Source: Eledone cirrhosa (Eukaryota). Taken from it: a stretch of DNA of 64,000 bases. This document shows, one piece after another, positions 1-14,094 of this stretch (position 1 is its first letter; each line of letters begins with the position of its first letter). Both the position numbers and the translations under genes were made by a program. A model generated the notes under the pieces. That model was not told the DNA's origin and searched no databases. It saw only the letters and a list, made by a program, of their open reading frames with translations. The DNA lies in contig OZ024756.1 of the NCBI GenBank assembly GCA_964016885.1, forward strand, positions 21,948,001 to 22,012,000, written 5' to 3'.

Positions 1-194
1 GTAAGTGAAACCTTATAGCGCTATTTCATACTTGAAAGTTGTGGCTAAAAATCAATCTATATAATCGACCATCGAAAAATAATCAATCAATATAATTGAT
101 CATCGAAGACAAACTATCGATTATGATTAAACCACATGAGACTCAGGTACGCAGAGTATAAGGGCTCACTTACGATTCCACCCGTGTACACACA

Positions 195-244
<50 letters not shown>

Positions 245-395
245 TGTTTTTGAAATGCGCATAATAAAATACATGGAACTCCTTTAACCATCTTTTGATC
301 TTATATTATGCATACTCCAGTCCTACAAACTGTAGAGTGCTTCTTATCCGATATCTGCATTGCTTTATTGTACTACAATAAAACTCACCTCCTAC

Positions 396-468
<73 letters not shown>

Positions 469-759
469 CAAGCACGAAGGATTAAGCCTTCATTATGTTT
501 ATTGGTTGGTAGCGTAACCAACGTTTCGCTATTGATCGCCTCAAGGTTCGATCTGTATCGATCTAAGTCGACTCTGGAATCAAAGGCTCGTCTGACCTCT
601 GTTGTAGTAATAACAGAATGAATATACATGGCATATAAAAAGTCTAACATTCATATGTTGGTCAGTTTATGTTGTTTTGATTGGTGGGTAAGTTATGATG
701 TGTGTTTTGGCCTGTAAGATAGGTGTGTGTGTGTGGGGGGGGGGGGTTTACACTCCCTG

Positions 760-822
<63 letters not shown>

Positions 823-953
823 GTGAGGTTTTTTTTACAAAATGAAAAATAACCGAGGTGTCCTACACGAGTGGAAGTATAAAGAAAAAGGGATGAAATC
901 GAAAATGCAACTGAAGTCTTATTTTTTTAAAAAATATATATATTTATTTGGTT

Positions 954-991
954 CCTTTACCGGTTTCGCAGTTCTTCTGCTTTTCAAAAGG
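954..991 (-). ncRNA. Minimal type I hammerhead ribozyme, U3-A8 core variant, within TA-flanked repeat 818-1025
   Basis: CCTT|TTGAAAA|GCAG-AAGAA-CTGC|GAAA|CCGG|TA|AAGG: stems I and II pair, with a palindromic CCGG loop III. Confidence 0.75.
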
Positions 992-1043
992 TGAGTTGAG
1001 ATGGAGGGTCTGTGGTTTTTCTCACAAATATATATATATATTT

Positions 1044-1392
1044 CTAGGGCGGGTAAAATTCCAGAGATCCATGGACGAGTTCTCTCCAGCGGTCTCTGTC
1101 CCTCATTATCGCTGCCATGTCCTGCGTCTCTAACAGACCAGTGTCTGTCCTTAGGGCATCAACATACGTTAACCTTGGTCTTCCTCTTCTAGTGTGTCCA
1201 TGTAGGGGCTCCCAAAGGAGCACTGAGTTCAATGTCAACTCTGGATTTCGGTGAGCATGTCCAGTTAACCTCAGTCTCCTCTGTGTCACTTTTGAGCTCA
1301 CTTTTGGGATGCTCCCATACAGCTCTGAGTTTTTCATCCTCAGATGGTGGATGGGTGCTACACGAAAATGTTGAGGATGGCTCTGAACATTA
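1044..1392 (-). mobile_element. RTE-like LINE 3' end; same family at 9116-9268 (+) and 47808-48047 (-)
   Basis: [29 protein letters not shown]; all three copies end at gaattttacccgcc followed by TA-rich sequence. Confidence 0.8.
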
Positions 1393-1396
1393 ATCA

Positions 1397-1436
<40 letters not shown>

Positions 1437-1439
<3 letters not shown>

Positions 1440-1863
1440 CAGAAGGGATATTCAATTTGTTGGTAATTCAACAAATATAAATGTTTAAAACTGATTCAGA
1501 GCACTCAACAAGTTTTCTGGAGTATAATATACAATGATATTAAATAAATGGAAACTATATTTATAAAACCATATTTATTCTATTATATATATTTCAAGGG
1601 TACCAACAATTTTGGTACGCTTTCATCAGATAAAATACGAAGTGTGTTTTATAAATTTTGACATAACCAAGGATCTTCCCTTCACTATTTCATGGATAAC
1701 TTGAACCGTTAAGGTAGATTATTCTTGGTTATGTCAAAATTTATAAAACACACTTTGTATTTTATCTGGTGATAGCGTACCAAACTTGTTGGTAACCTTG
1801 AAATATATATAATAGAATAAATATGGTTTTATAAATATAGTTTCCATTTATTTAATATCATAG
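1437..1863. mobile_element. Fold-back Penelope-like pLTR insert (family A); hammerhead on - strand at 1576-1637 and a mutated copy on + strand
   Basis: Inverted arms ~1534-1670 / 1723-1862 between (TA)n tracts; TATTTTAT-CTGATGA-stem II-GAAA-TATATA-TA-ATAGAATA. Confidence 0.75.
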
Positions 1864-1933
<70 letters not shown>

Positions 1934-2069
1934 GATTTGTACACTTAATATATTTTAACGCTATCTAAGTTTTGGTGGCTTAAGTCTGATCTCAATTGTT
2001 AATAAGTCAGCTGTTTCATCAGAAGTCTATTTTTCAAAATGACTGAACAAAACTTAGAAAGAGAAGCGT

Positions 2070-2335
2070 TACATTCTCCAGTGGCAACCTGGTGCAGTCT
2101 GTGACCAACTCAGACTCTGCTGCACTTCGGGCCCAGGAGGGTAAACTCTCCAATTATCAGTTGCTCTCTGACAAGTTTACGATCGATCCTGTAGCAGTGG
2201 AAACTTCTGGTGTCCTTGGGCCTAGGACCACCCTCCTACTCCCTACCATCGGCACCTAGTTAGCTACACGCTGGTGTGAGTCTCGCGAGCTGGAATGGCT
2301 TTTCCTGCGCGTCTCCTCCCCATCCTTCATAGATA
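2070..2335 (+). mobile_element. CRE-type non-LTR retrotransposon, C-terminal restriction-like endonuclease fragment
   Basis: Translates as SAALRAQEGKLSNYQLL..PVAVETSGVLG..IGT*L..ESRELEWLFLRVS, matching the AA..AE..K..KY / P.AVET.G / RE..WL.QR.S pattern. Confidence 0.6.
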
Positions 2336-2479
2336 CACATTCTCTATTCTGTCAGCTGGGGGCGTGGGGCGGGCAGTCAATAGGCCCACATTTGATCATA
2401 ATAGTGAGAGATGGAAGAGGGGGAGAGAGGGAGGCAGTGACTGTGGGAGTTTGGTTCCTTTGTGTTCGGGCCTGGTGTG

Positions 2480-2517
<38 letters not shown>

Positions 2518-2694
2518 AACGATTAGGACCCCGACGGCTGAGCTCAAGCCGTTTCTGAGTCCAGAATTAGCCGTCGAAACGGGTTGAGCTCAGCCGTCGG
2601 GGTCTTAATTGTTCCTATTACCCACTCGACTACCCTAAGTATTGAGTACTTTGGTGCGTTATGGTCCACCTGGTTCCTTACCACATTTCCTTCG

Positions 2695-2744
<50 letters not shown>

Positions 2745-3544
2745 AGGAACGAGTAGGACCCCTACTCGTTCCTATTACCCACTCTACTACCCTAAGTATT
2801 GAGTACTTTGGTGCGTTATGGTCCATCTGGTTCCTTACCACATTTCCTTCGTTATATATATATATATATATAGTAATTGTTTCTACTTTAGGCACAAGGC
2901 CAGCAATTACCCAGTTTTATCGACCCCGTAAGGATGAAAGGCAAAGTCAACCTCGGCGGGATTTGAACTCAGATCGTAAAGGGACGTAACTATGCTGGAA
3001 AGCATGGCGTCCGACCCTCTACTGATACTGCCAATCCACGCCCTTATATATATTATTATTACTATATATATATATAGTAATAATAATAAATGTGAAGACT
3101 AAAATCCAAAGAGGGCTCGATAAGGATAAATATATATCAAATATATATATATATAATGTTTCTCATAGCTATGTATAGCTTACTCAGCATTGTATTCTGA
3201 ACTGAATGAGAGGTAAATTAAAAATATTTTGTTCGTTTTCTTGTGTTTTGTTTTTTGCTTAAAAAGTCAATGTGATATAACTCTTAGAATATTACCGAAA
3301 GGAAGGTGTGTAGAAACTGCGTACTGGTATTTGAGTAGATATTGAAGTCAAGTTAAATACTTGTGTCTGTAAAGTGTATGTCGGGAGAGATTGGGGCGGC
3401 TGGGGTAGTGGGTGTAGTTGATGTTTCCATGAAGAGATCAAGTACTTTTGAAATGTAAACAACTCATAAACTCCTCGTCTAATGAATACTTAAACTAAAA
3501 AAAAAATATTGATGTTGATGTTTTATCTTCTTATTGACTCTCTC

Positions 3545-3567
3545 GCTAAACACATACACATACAGAC

Positions 3568-3602
<35 letters not shown>

Positions 3603-3728
3603 CATACACACAGAGAGACATATATATATACACACACATATATATACACACACACATATACACACACTCAAACACACACACACAGACACAGACAGACATG
3701 TATACACAAACAGATACATACACACAGG

Positions 3729-3774
<46 letters not shown>

Positions 3775-4252
3775 CACACAGAGAGACATATATATATACA
3801 CACACATATATACACACACACACATATACACACACTCAAACACACACACACACTCACACACAGAGACACAGACAGACATGTATACACAAACAGATACATA
3901 CACACAGACATACATATATATATATATATATATACATATACACAGAGAGACATATATATACACACACATATATATACACACACACATATACACACACTCA
4001 AACACACACACACACACACAGACACAGACAGACATGTATACACAAACAGATACATACACACAGGCATACTTACCCACACACACAAGCATACATACTCACA
4101 CACACAAGCATACATACTCACACACACAAGCATACATACTCGCACACACAGGCATACATACACACACCCACAAGCATATATACACACACATAGACATACA
4201 GACATACGCACACACACACACACATGCACAGACACACACACACATACACACT
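3545..4252. repeat. Compound (CA)/(TA) tandem repeat with three ~180 bp higher-order units
   Basis: cagacagacatgtatacacaaacagatacatacacacag recurs three times. Confidence 0.9.
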
Positions 4253-5499
4253 CACTTTACATCTTTCATTTCTGTTTTTTTTAAATATTTTATTTTCATT
4301 TACGTTTATAAATTATTTTCTCATTTACGTTTCTTTACAGATATTTTTTTTATTATAACTTTACTTGTCTTATTTCCTTTTATATTCGTTTTTCTAGCAA
4401 TAATTATAACTTGGAAAAGGCACGTTCCCATTTCCCATACTGTTTGGAATTCATCTCCAACAAAATATATCAATTTATTTTAGAATAACATTGGAAACAA
4501 ATAATAATAATAATAATAATAGTTTCTTTTAATAATGATTTCTTTATTGGCCACAAGGGCTGACATCAAGAAAAACATTACAGACGGTACAGGGCGGTAC
4601 GATGTGGGTTTTGTGCGTGTAAATATTTTTATTATTTATATAAGAAAAGAAAAAAAAGACATAGAAACATATATATATATAAACAATAAACATTTCTTTT
4701 AATAATGCTTTCTTTATTAACCAAAAGAGTTTACACAAAGTGAGGCATTAAGGATAACACAGGACAATACAAATGGGCATTTCTGCGTGTAAAAAAAACA
4801 AAAACAGAGGATGAATAAAAAAAAAAAAAACAATGAAAAATTCCACAATAGTGGGGAGACTTCCTGGTATCGCTCGTGGAGAAAGTCCACAAAAAAGCCA
4901 CGGTTACCCTGACCGCTAGGGCAAGTGCCCTCTTCCAATTTTCCTCCTACGATACTACAGGCTCACGCAATTTATTTTAATAATAATAGTAGTAGTAGTT
5001 TTTTTTTTTTATTGTTGTTTCAATAATATTTCGAAAAATGTTTGAAAACTATTTTGAAAGAAAAAAAAAAATCTACATTTGAATATTTTACATTTAATTC
5101 TTTCAGATTCTGTTTGCTCGTCTGTATGTTTGTTGTGTAATTCTACCTTTGAAATATTTCTTTTTTTTTTTCAAAAGAGTGCCATTGATTTAAAAAACGT
5201 GTTTTTGGTAACACATTTTGAAAGAATGATTTTGCTCAATAATCAGTTTCCCGAAGCAATGTTGATGTTATTGTTTCGTTCAATGTTAGCTCTAGTTAAT
5301 CAAATTTATGTTCAAAGATCTTTTATCCATGATCATCACATCCTGTTATTCTCATTATATAGAAATCGGGGCCTTAACCGACAGGTTCCATTTTATAACG
5401 GTCACCATTGGGGCTTCAATGTTCTCGATACTAGCACTGCTGTTTTCCTCTAACAAATCGGGATGATTGCATTGCGCTGAGAAAGTGGCCTAGAAATCT

Positions 5500-5760
5500 T
5501 CTCGTGATGCTAAACTATGCCAGTTGCAGACTGCGCATTAACATGTGATATCTTTCTCTACAAAGTTCAATCACCCAGCAGCAGAGTTCAAAGAGCAAAG
5601 ATCAAGCCATCGTTTTGGATGCCGACCCCTGCTTCTTTTACCAGCCAACCTTCCTTCCAGGCATAACCTACTCACACCATGAGTTGATCTTTTTATATGG
5701 CCGTATAGTTTGAGTACTGCTTTACTTATATTCTCGTGTACTGCATTTTCGGACTGCATC
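5500..5760 (-). mobile_element. Degenerate RTE LINE 3' fragment
   Basis: LKLYGHIKR...LEGRLAGKRSRGR.PKRWLD. Confidence 0.65.
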
Positions 5761-6793
5761 TATCCAATGTCTAATTGTGTCAATTCAGCCAATAAGCTAC
5801 GATTTTAGAGAGGTCTGGGTATTATTTGAGAATTTTGTGAAATGCCCATTAGACACCATTTTGATGTACAAACCAGCCCCGGTTGAAGTTAGTGGGGCCA
5901 TCAAAACCTTAAGGTCAAGTAATGTCACAGCCCAAACATAAAAAAGACCATAGTGAGCACTGAAATAAAGTTCCGTAGAAAAGAGACTATACTGATAAAT
6001 AGAGTGTCACGTCATTAACTGCAGGAGGGAAGTGGACGAAGGAAATAGGATTGTGTGATTATACCAGTCTGCGCATGTCACTAAACCTTCGATATAATAT
6101 CTGTACAGAAAACTTCCAACTCGTCATCAAAGACTTCGTTAACTGTCTTATTGTTGAGAAGTGAACTCCATCCAAACTTCTCTCCTCCACTCTCTCTCAA
6201 TACACGCGCACACGCACACGTGCTCGCACTCGCACTCACTCACTCACTCACTCAGATTCACTCACATTCATTCACATTCATTCACATTCATTCACTCGCT
6301 CACATTCACTCACATTCACTCACATTCACACTCACTCAATCGCACACTCACTCACTCAATCACTCACATACACACACATATACACACACAAGTGTGTGTG
6401 TGTGTATATATATATTATATATATATATTATATATATATATATATGTGTGTGTGTGTGCGTGTGTGTATACCTTAGTCACGGAGAGAGGGAGAGAGAAAT
6501 TAAAATGAGAATGAGAAATAATATATAATTGAAGCCAAGTAGAAAATGCAAAGATATTGTCTAAGGGACGCAACTCTGACAATAATTGTTTTAATTGCAG
6601 TAAAAACTTTCGTAACCATTTTAGGGTCGGACGCCATGCTTTGACGTATAGAGTTACGGCCCTTGCCATGCTGAGTTCAAATCCCGCCGAGGTAAACTTT
6701 GCCTTTCATCCTTACGGGATCGATACAATAAAGTACCAGTAATGCACTCGATATTTGCTGGCCTTGTGCCAAATGTAAAAACAATTATATACA

Positions 6794-6872
6794 CAGGATG
6801 TCCCCAAAAATGTATACACACTTAAACAAACATTATAATAAAAGTGTGTATACATTTTTGGGGGACGCCCTG
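6794..6872. mobile_element. Tc1/mariner-type MITE; second copy at 45216-45317
   Basis: TIR CAGGGTGTCCC(C)AAAAATGTATACAC, with TA flanks. Confidence 0.75.
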
Positions 6873-7028
6873 TATATATTAGTAGGACAAGTCACTACCA
6901 AGTGTCTTCATCGCAGAGATTGTTTATCTGAAACTCATCACGGCTCCTACTCGATCGATACGTCCACACACAAACCAGTCTGAATACAGGGAGATAAAGG
7001 GCTCAATTCTGTCGAAGTTGATATTTTG

Positions 7029-7105
<77 letters not shown>

Positions 7106-7377
7106 CCGAAGAGATTGTTTAGCTAAAAACAGGAGCACGCAGGAGAAACTCTCAACATTCGTAGTTTTTAGTTACGATGGAGATGTTTGTAATATATATA
7201 TATATAAGAAAAAGTATGACCCCGACGGCAGAGCTCAAGCCGTTTCAACGGCTATTTCAGTCCAGAAATAGCAGTCGAAACGGCTTGAGCTCTGCCGCCG
7301 GGGTCATACTTTCTCCTGTTACCCACTCTACTACCCTAAGCATATTGGTCCATCTGGTTCCTTACCACAACTCCTCC

Positions 7378-7412
<35 letters not shown>

Positions 7413-7790
7413 GTGTGTGTGTGTGTATGTATATATATATGTACACACACACACACTCTGTAAATAGGGAGCGCACAGGACAAAGACAATGGAAAAAAAA
7501 CACGCACACATATATATAAGAACACATATATGCATACACATATATGCATACACACATATATATATATATATGTGTGTGTGTATGTATGCATGCGATGAAT
7601 GTAGGGCACAATCCTCCGTTTGAAAATTATGTGAAAATGAAGCCCTGCTAGAAATAATTATATTTATTACCATAAAGGGAGACTACTGACTAACGAATCG
7701 GTATAAATTACTTCACCTTTACACTTGCTGAAATATTTGAAGCCGTTTGCGTTACGATAATATGATATATATATATATATATATATATAT

Positions 7791-8175
7791 GCAAAAGTTC
7801 TATTTAAAATTGTTGGGATACAACAAGTAAATATTTTTATAACTGATATAAAGCACTCGACAAGTATTTGGAGTAGATATACGATATTAATAAATGGAAA
7901 CTATATTTATAAAACCATATTTATTTCATTATACATATTTCAGGGATACCAAATTAAATTATGGTATGCCTTCATCAGACAAAATACAATATATAAGAGC
8001 TTCCAAAAACAATGGTTGCATTTTAAAAGGGTACGTCAAAGCTTATTTGTAAAACTGTTATATATTGTATTTTGTCTGATGAAGGCATACCATAATTTAA
8101 TTTGGTATCCCTGAAATATGTATAATGAAATAAATATGGTTTTATAAATATAGTTTCCATTTATTAATATCGTAT
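7791..8175. mobile_element. Family A fold-back; hammerheads at 8068-8132 (+) and ~7923-7987 (-)
   Basis: CTGATGA-AGGCATACCA..TGGTATCCCT-GAAA-TATGTA-TA-ATGAAATA; ~115 bp inverted arms, TA flanks. Confidence 0.78.
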
Positions 8176-8291
8176 ATATATATATATATATATATATATT
8201 GAAATTTCATACATATAAGATGTATGACTTTTTCTCTATGGATACGCTGAATGCATATATATACATAGAGATTTATGTACATATATGTGTT

Positions 8292-8328
<37 letters not shown>

Positions 8329-8503
8329 GTGTGTATATATATATAAAAACATATATATGTGTGTGTGTTTCGGGTGACTGTGTTTGTGACGCATGATAGG
8401 AAGGAATCGAGCTTAAAAGAATTTCAAAAGAACATTAATCATATAGTAAGTTATTTCGCCAGCAAGTCTATGGACTGTACCATTGAACACTAATGAATTA
8501 AAT

Positions 8504-8619
<116 letters not shown>

Positions 8620-8921
8620 AATGCTTCGGGTACGTTATGTATTATGAAGTTATATGTTTAAATATGGCATTCTAAAGGATATTTAAACATTGACTGTCCT
8701 AAAATTGACCTGGTGTAACTTTTATAATTTTTCTCAATGACAGGAGACATACAGTTATCTCCCTTGAAATTTGTTGTGAATTCTTTTTATTTTGTTGTTT
8801 TTCTTACAATAACATAATAAAGTAGTAGTAATATGAAAATCTTCTTGTGTTACGTTGTGATATTTATGCACGTTTTTTCTATTTTGCTGACAGTATAGTA
8901 TATTCACGGCTACTATATCTG

Positions 8922-8988
<67 letters not shown>

Positions 8989-9074
8989 CCAAACTATTGA
9001 GCCCTCTGCCACACATGTCGAAGATTGTTTATCGCTTTTTCGTGGGCCGAGATTCTGATTCTCGATTATTTACT

Positions 9075-9114
<40 letters not shown>

Positions 9115-9265
9115 TATATGGGAGCCCCTAGATGGACACACTGGAAGAGGAAGACCAAGCTTAACGTATGTTGATGTCCTAAGGACTGACACTGGTCTGT
9201 TGGAGACGCAGGACATGGCAGGGATAATGAGGGACAGAGACCATGGATCTCGGGAATTTTACCCG

Positions 9266-9337
<72 letters not shown>

Positions 9338-9377
9338 CAGATATAAGGGCGGGTAAAAGAACAGGTAAAAGAGTAAA

Positions 9378-9417
<40 letters not shown>

Positions 9418-9872
9418 AATAACACGTGACAACGAAATGACTGAAGGCTGTCTATTGTAGCAGTTACATTGAGTTGCAGTTCACACCGGTTTGGGCCTAG
9501 AACGAAATACCTGTCGATGACGTGAATCCCCTGTTCGATCATGGACTACCACAAGCTTAGCTATTACGTAAGTTGGATTGATGATTTTGGATTCATAGAA
9601 ACATATCGGACGTATTGCAAAATATCGTTCGATTTGTCCAGGTCTGTTGTCTAACCTGATTAGTTTTATCGTTGTTTTGGTATTGTAAGGCTGGGTTTTG
9701 CCGCAATTTTCAATTTGTCAAGCTATCTAAACATAATGTTATTAATCTAAGGACCTATCCTTATTGAGTGCTTTGCTACTCATTCCTAATTGTAGGTCGA
9801 CTTTGCTTAGCCGCAGTCAAAGCTTCGATTTTACTAAGCTTCCACTAATATATATATATATATATATATATA

Positions 9873-10151
9873 TTTATTAAAATAACAGATTAAAGTTTAA
9901 GCAAAGAATCGCTGCTTTCACCCTTAACGGGATCTTCTGAAACTAACAAAGTCAATCTGTAAACGCAGAACTGGATATTTCAAAAAACGTTGCAACCGGA
10001 GGAAGACAGGAAGACGATACTTTGGTTCGTGGTAACGTTCGCTGGCAAAGAACGGGAAAAAACGAATATAATACGTCATTAATAGGAGCGGTGAAAAACA
10101 ATTACGCGCAAAGACAAATTGGATTTTAGTCTTCAATTTTATTATTATTAC

Positions 10152-10152
<1 letters not shown>
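9873..10152 (-). mobile_element. pLTR fragment of the 60-61 kb Penelope-like family, with hammerhead variant at 9894-9944; other pieces at 3075-3140, 11430-11525, 17890-17935, 18230-18370, 63760-63922
   Basis: Minus strand AGTTT-CAGAAGA-TCCC/GGGT-GAAA-GCA..TGC-TT-AAACT. Family members share the gaagactaaaatccaaagagggctcgataagg segment; flanked by (TA)n. Confidence 0.7.
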
Positions 10153-10208
<56 letters not shown>

Positions 10209-10315
10209 GTGTGTGTGTGTGTGTATATATGTAAAAGGTAAACAGAAATAACAACAAAATCGGTATAGTATATGGAATAGATATATTAAGTTAACGCTTG
10301 ATATAGCAGGAAGAG

Positions 10316-10352
10316 GGTCCTAACGTTTCGGACGCTAGTGCTTCATCAGAAG
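10316..10352 (-). ncRNA. Degenerate minimal hammerhead (Penelope-type)
   Basis: TT-CTGATGA-AGCACTAGCGTCC-GAAA-CG-TT-AGG; stem II is weak. Confidence 0.45.
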
Positions 10353-10495
10353 AAAGAATGAGAAATAAGATAGATTGAGGGGAAGGGCGGGTTGAAATTG
10401 GAAAAAATATACATATACACACATATATATATGTATGTATACTTACTTACATATGTGTGTCTGTGTATACCTACACACAAATATATATGTGTGTG

Positions 10496-10526
<31 letters not shown>

Positions 10527-11297
10527 GTGACTTGTACAGGATTAGAACTGTTCCAGGAAAGCTTTATTGAGAATTTCCTTCGAATGACACATTTTCATTC
10601 CTGTAGAAGCCATTTCTATATTAAATATTTATACTCTGCTATGTATTGAGTACCTTACTTACTGTGGTTACCCCCGATTGAACCCGGGGTACATAGAGAA
10701 GAGAAAGATCCCATCACACCTTGTGGAGTCATAGACGCACTGTCATACGACATGTCTGAACATAGCTGATTTTTTTCTAGAGGAAGAATCGGCCCCAGTA
10801 CTAGACTGGTACCTTTTTTATCGACATTGACAGTATGAAAGGCTGATATGCAAATCTGGCTGATTAATGGGTCTGTTAATATGCAGATCTGACCGATCAG
10901 TCACTGCATATTTAAGAAAATATATTTTTTCACTAGCTCTGACAGTTGGCAGGTAAACATTATACTGGACTGATGAAGGGGAAGCATCCAGAAACATTAG
11001 TGTCTGCAGTTCTGTTTACATGCCAACACAAGAGCAAGAATGAGGGGTTCATTCTAATGACATGGCTAAAAGTGGCTGTTTGCATAATTGCAAACGAATC
11101 GAATACCATTATTAATATTCGAAAGCCGAGGTAAACTTTGCCTTTCATCCTTACGAGGTCGATAAAATAAAGTACCAGTAATACACTGGGATAATTGCTG
11201 ACCTCGTGTCAAAAGTAGAAACAATTATTAATATTCGAAAAGCTCAGATTACATTTATTGTATTCAGCCGTATAGAGCAATAAAGTATTTGTTAGTC

Positions 11298-11375
<78 letters not shown>

Positions 11376-11545
11376 GCATATACATATATATATGCATATA
11401 CATTATTTATTATTTATTTATTATTTATTTATTAAAATATTTGCTCTACAGTTCTTATATTGATATATATTTATCCTTATCGAGCCTTTTTTGGATTTTA
11501 GTCTTCAAGTTTATTATTATTACTATATATATATATATATATATT

Positions 11546-11907
11546 TAAAAGTTAAACAAGGTTCAATGAATACATCAAAGAATGAGTTTTACAATAGATT
11601 GGAAGCACTCAACAAAAAAAAAAGGTTTTCCAGAGTTATTAGTATTAATTCAAAATATTAACAAAATAGATATTCTTGTGATCAATTATATTTTATTATA
11701 CATATTTCAGAGGTACTGAGTTAAGTTCAACAGTCATGGCTGAATCTTAACCATCTACTAAGTCAGGGTATGTCATGCATCATCTTATTTTATCTGATGA
11801 GGAAGTACTGAGGAAGTACTGTTGAACTTAACTCAGAACCTCTGAAATATGTATAATAAAATATACTTGACCACAAGAATATCTATTTTGTTAATATTTT
11901 GAATTAA

Positions 11908-11910
<3 letters not shown>
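11546..11910. mobile_element. Family A-related fold-back; hammerhead ~11786-11862 (+)
   Basis: CTGATGA...GAAATATGTATAATAAAATA; inverted arms; homologous to 58848-59275. Confidence 0.7.
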
Positions 11911-11942
<32 letters not shown>

Positions 11943-11984
11943 AGTAAGTATGTTTTGAAACAGTGAGCAGGTTTGAAATTAGAA

Positions 11985-12310
11985 AATAGAATAGCTTTCA
12001 CTGTATTTTTGACTAAAGGAATTTTAGCCTGATAATGGGGTTTAGAACCCTCAGTTAAATGGAAAAAGATGAGTATTGACGTACATGTACGTCAATACTC
12101 ATCTTTTTCCATTTAACTGAGGGTTCTAAACCCCATTATCAGGCTAAAATGTACGTCAATACTCATCTTTTTCCATTTAACTGAGGGTTCTAAACCCCAT
12201 TATCAGGCTAAAATGTACGTCAATACTCATCTTTTTCCATTTAACTGAGGGTTCTAAACCCCATTATCAGGCTAAAATTCCTTTAGTCAAAAATACAGTG
12301 AAAGCTCTTC

Positions 12311-12312
<2 letters not shown>
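11985..12312. repeat. Fold-back (centre gtacatgtac ~12085) whose right arm contains three tandem copies of a 63-bp unit
   Basis: atgtacgtcaatactcatc..caggctaaa is repeated three times; the left arm is its reverse complement. Confidence 0.85.
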
Positions 12313-12355
<43 letters not shown>

Positions 12356-12544
12356 ATATGTGAGAAAGAGGAGAGAGAGATGGATGTAGCCAGAATTTTT
12401 AAATGTTGTTTCTACGTGGTGGTGATTTTATGATTTGTTTATGATTTTTTTATGATTGTGAAGCTTAACTTACTATTGATTGCATGTGTATATATATATG
12501 CATATGCATGTGTGTATATATATATATATGTACATGCATGTGTG

Positions 12545-12600
<56 letters not shown>

Positions 12601-12682
12601 TGTATATGCATGTATATGCATATATATATGTATATGCATGTATATATGTATATGTATGTATATGCATATATGTATGTATATG

Positions 12683-13740
12683 CAACACCTTATGAATTCA
12701 TTTTCCAATGCGTGCAGTGCTTTGGGACTGGCAATCAGTCTGAAGAAGACTGTTGTTATGTACCAACCTGCTTCGGATAAAGTTTTCAATGAACCCTCCA
12801 GATACGTGTACTGTCAAAAGCTGAAGGCTGTTGATATATTTGTGTATTTGGGGAGTACTCTGACTGTGGCCTGCTCTCTGGATGCAGAAGTTGGTCTTTG
12901 GTGCAGAGAAGGAATCACAATGAGGACCAAGGTGAGAGTGAATGCTCGATGTGTACTGTCAGCTTTGCTGTATGCATGTGAGACATGGGTTGCCTACAAA
13001 CGGTATATCCACAGACTGGAACGGTTTCACCAGCAGTGTTTCAGAAAGATGCTCGGTATCAAGTGGCAGATGCATGTGAGTGATGTTGAGGTCCTTGAAA
13101 GAAGTGAGTGTCGGAGCATTGAGAGTATCATCCACCAACGGCGTTTGCGATGGACCGGACACCTCTCCATAGTGGAGGATGATCGAATCCCCAAACAACT
13201 CTTGTATGGCGAGACTTGTGAGGGTAAGAGACCACCTCACAATCCAAGGCTCCGATTCAAGGATTGTGTAAAGGACTCATTGATAAAAACTGGTTTGATG
13301 ATAGCTGACTGGGAGATAGAAGCTCTTGAAAGAGAAACTTGGCGTGGAATGGTGAATGATGGGGTCCATAATTTTGAGCACAGACGCATAGAACACGAGA
13401 AGATCAAACGAGATGTGCGTAAGCAATGCCCTGGTGTATCTCTCGAAACAATCGGTGTTTCCATTGAATTGAATTGCCCTGAGTGTGGAGAGATTTGCTT
13501 GATAAAATTCGGTCTCAGGAGCCACAGTCGCAGCCATGTTCAAAGAGAACCAGTGAACTATGATCTCCACGGTTATGTGAGTGTTCACAGGCAACCTGAT
13601 GCAAGACCTCAAGCCAGGAAGATCCATAGTTGTCGTCAGTGTTTGAAGTCTCTAGCAAGATTGAAAGGCCATATCCGAGCGTCACACAGCTAAATCTGAC
13701 AAGCGATTGCAATACTCTTGGCAGAGTTGGCAGTCATCAT
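12683..13740 (+). mobile_element. RTE-clade LINE 3' fragment (end of RT, thumb, two C2H2-like motifs)
   Basis: [45 protein letters not shown]. The ORF's first ~77 aa are microsatellite-derived. Confidence 0.85.
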
Positions 13741-13764
13741 ATATATATATGCATGTGATTTATC

Positions 13765-13801
<37 letters not shown>

Positions 13802-14050
13802 AGCTAAATCCACCAATTAATGGTAGAGTCCAAGCCGTATGAAGAACTCAATGTAATCCGTATGTAGAGGTCGTGAAGCAAAGTTTAAAATACAAAATTT
13901 CAACGATATAATTCATTGGAAGCAGAGTCCAAATAATACAAATAGTGAAAACAATGAATTTAAACAAAATGCGGGTAATTCATAGTAAACATAATGAGTT
14001 TTACTATGAATTACCCGTATTTTGTTTAATTTCATTGTTTTCACTATTTG

Positions 14051-14094
<44 letters not shown>

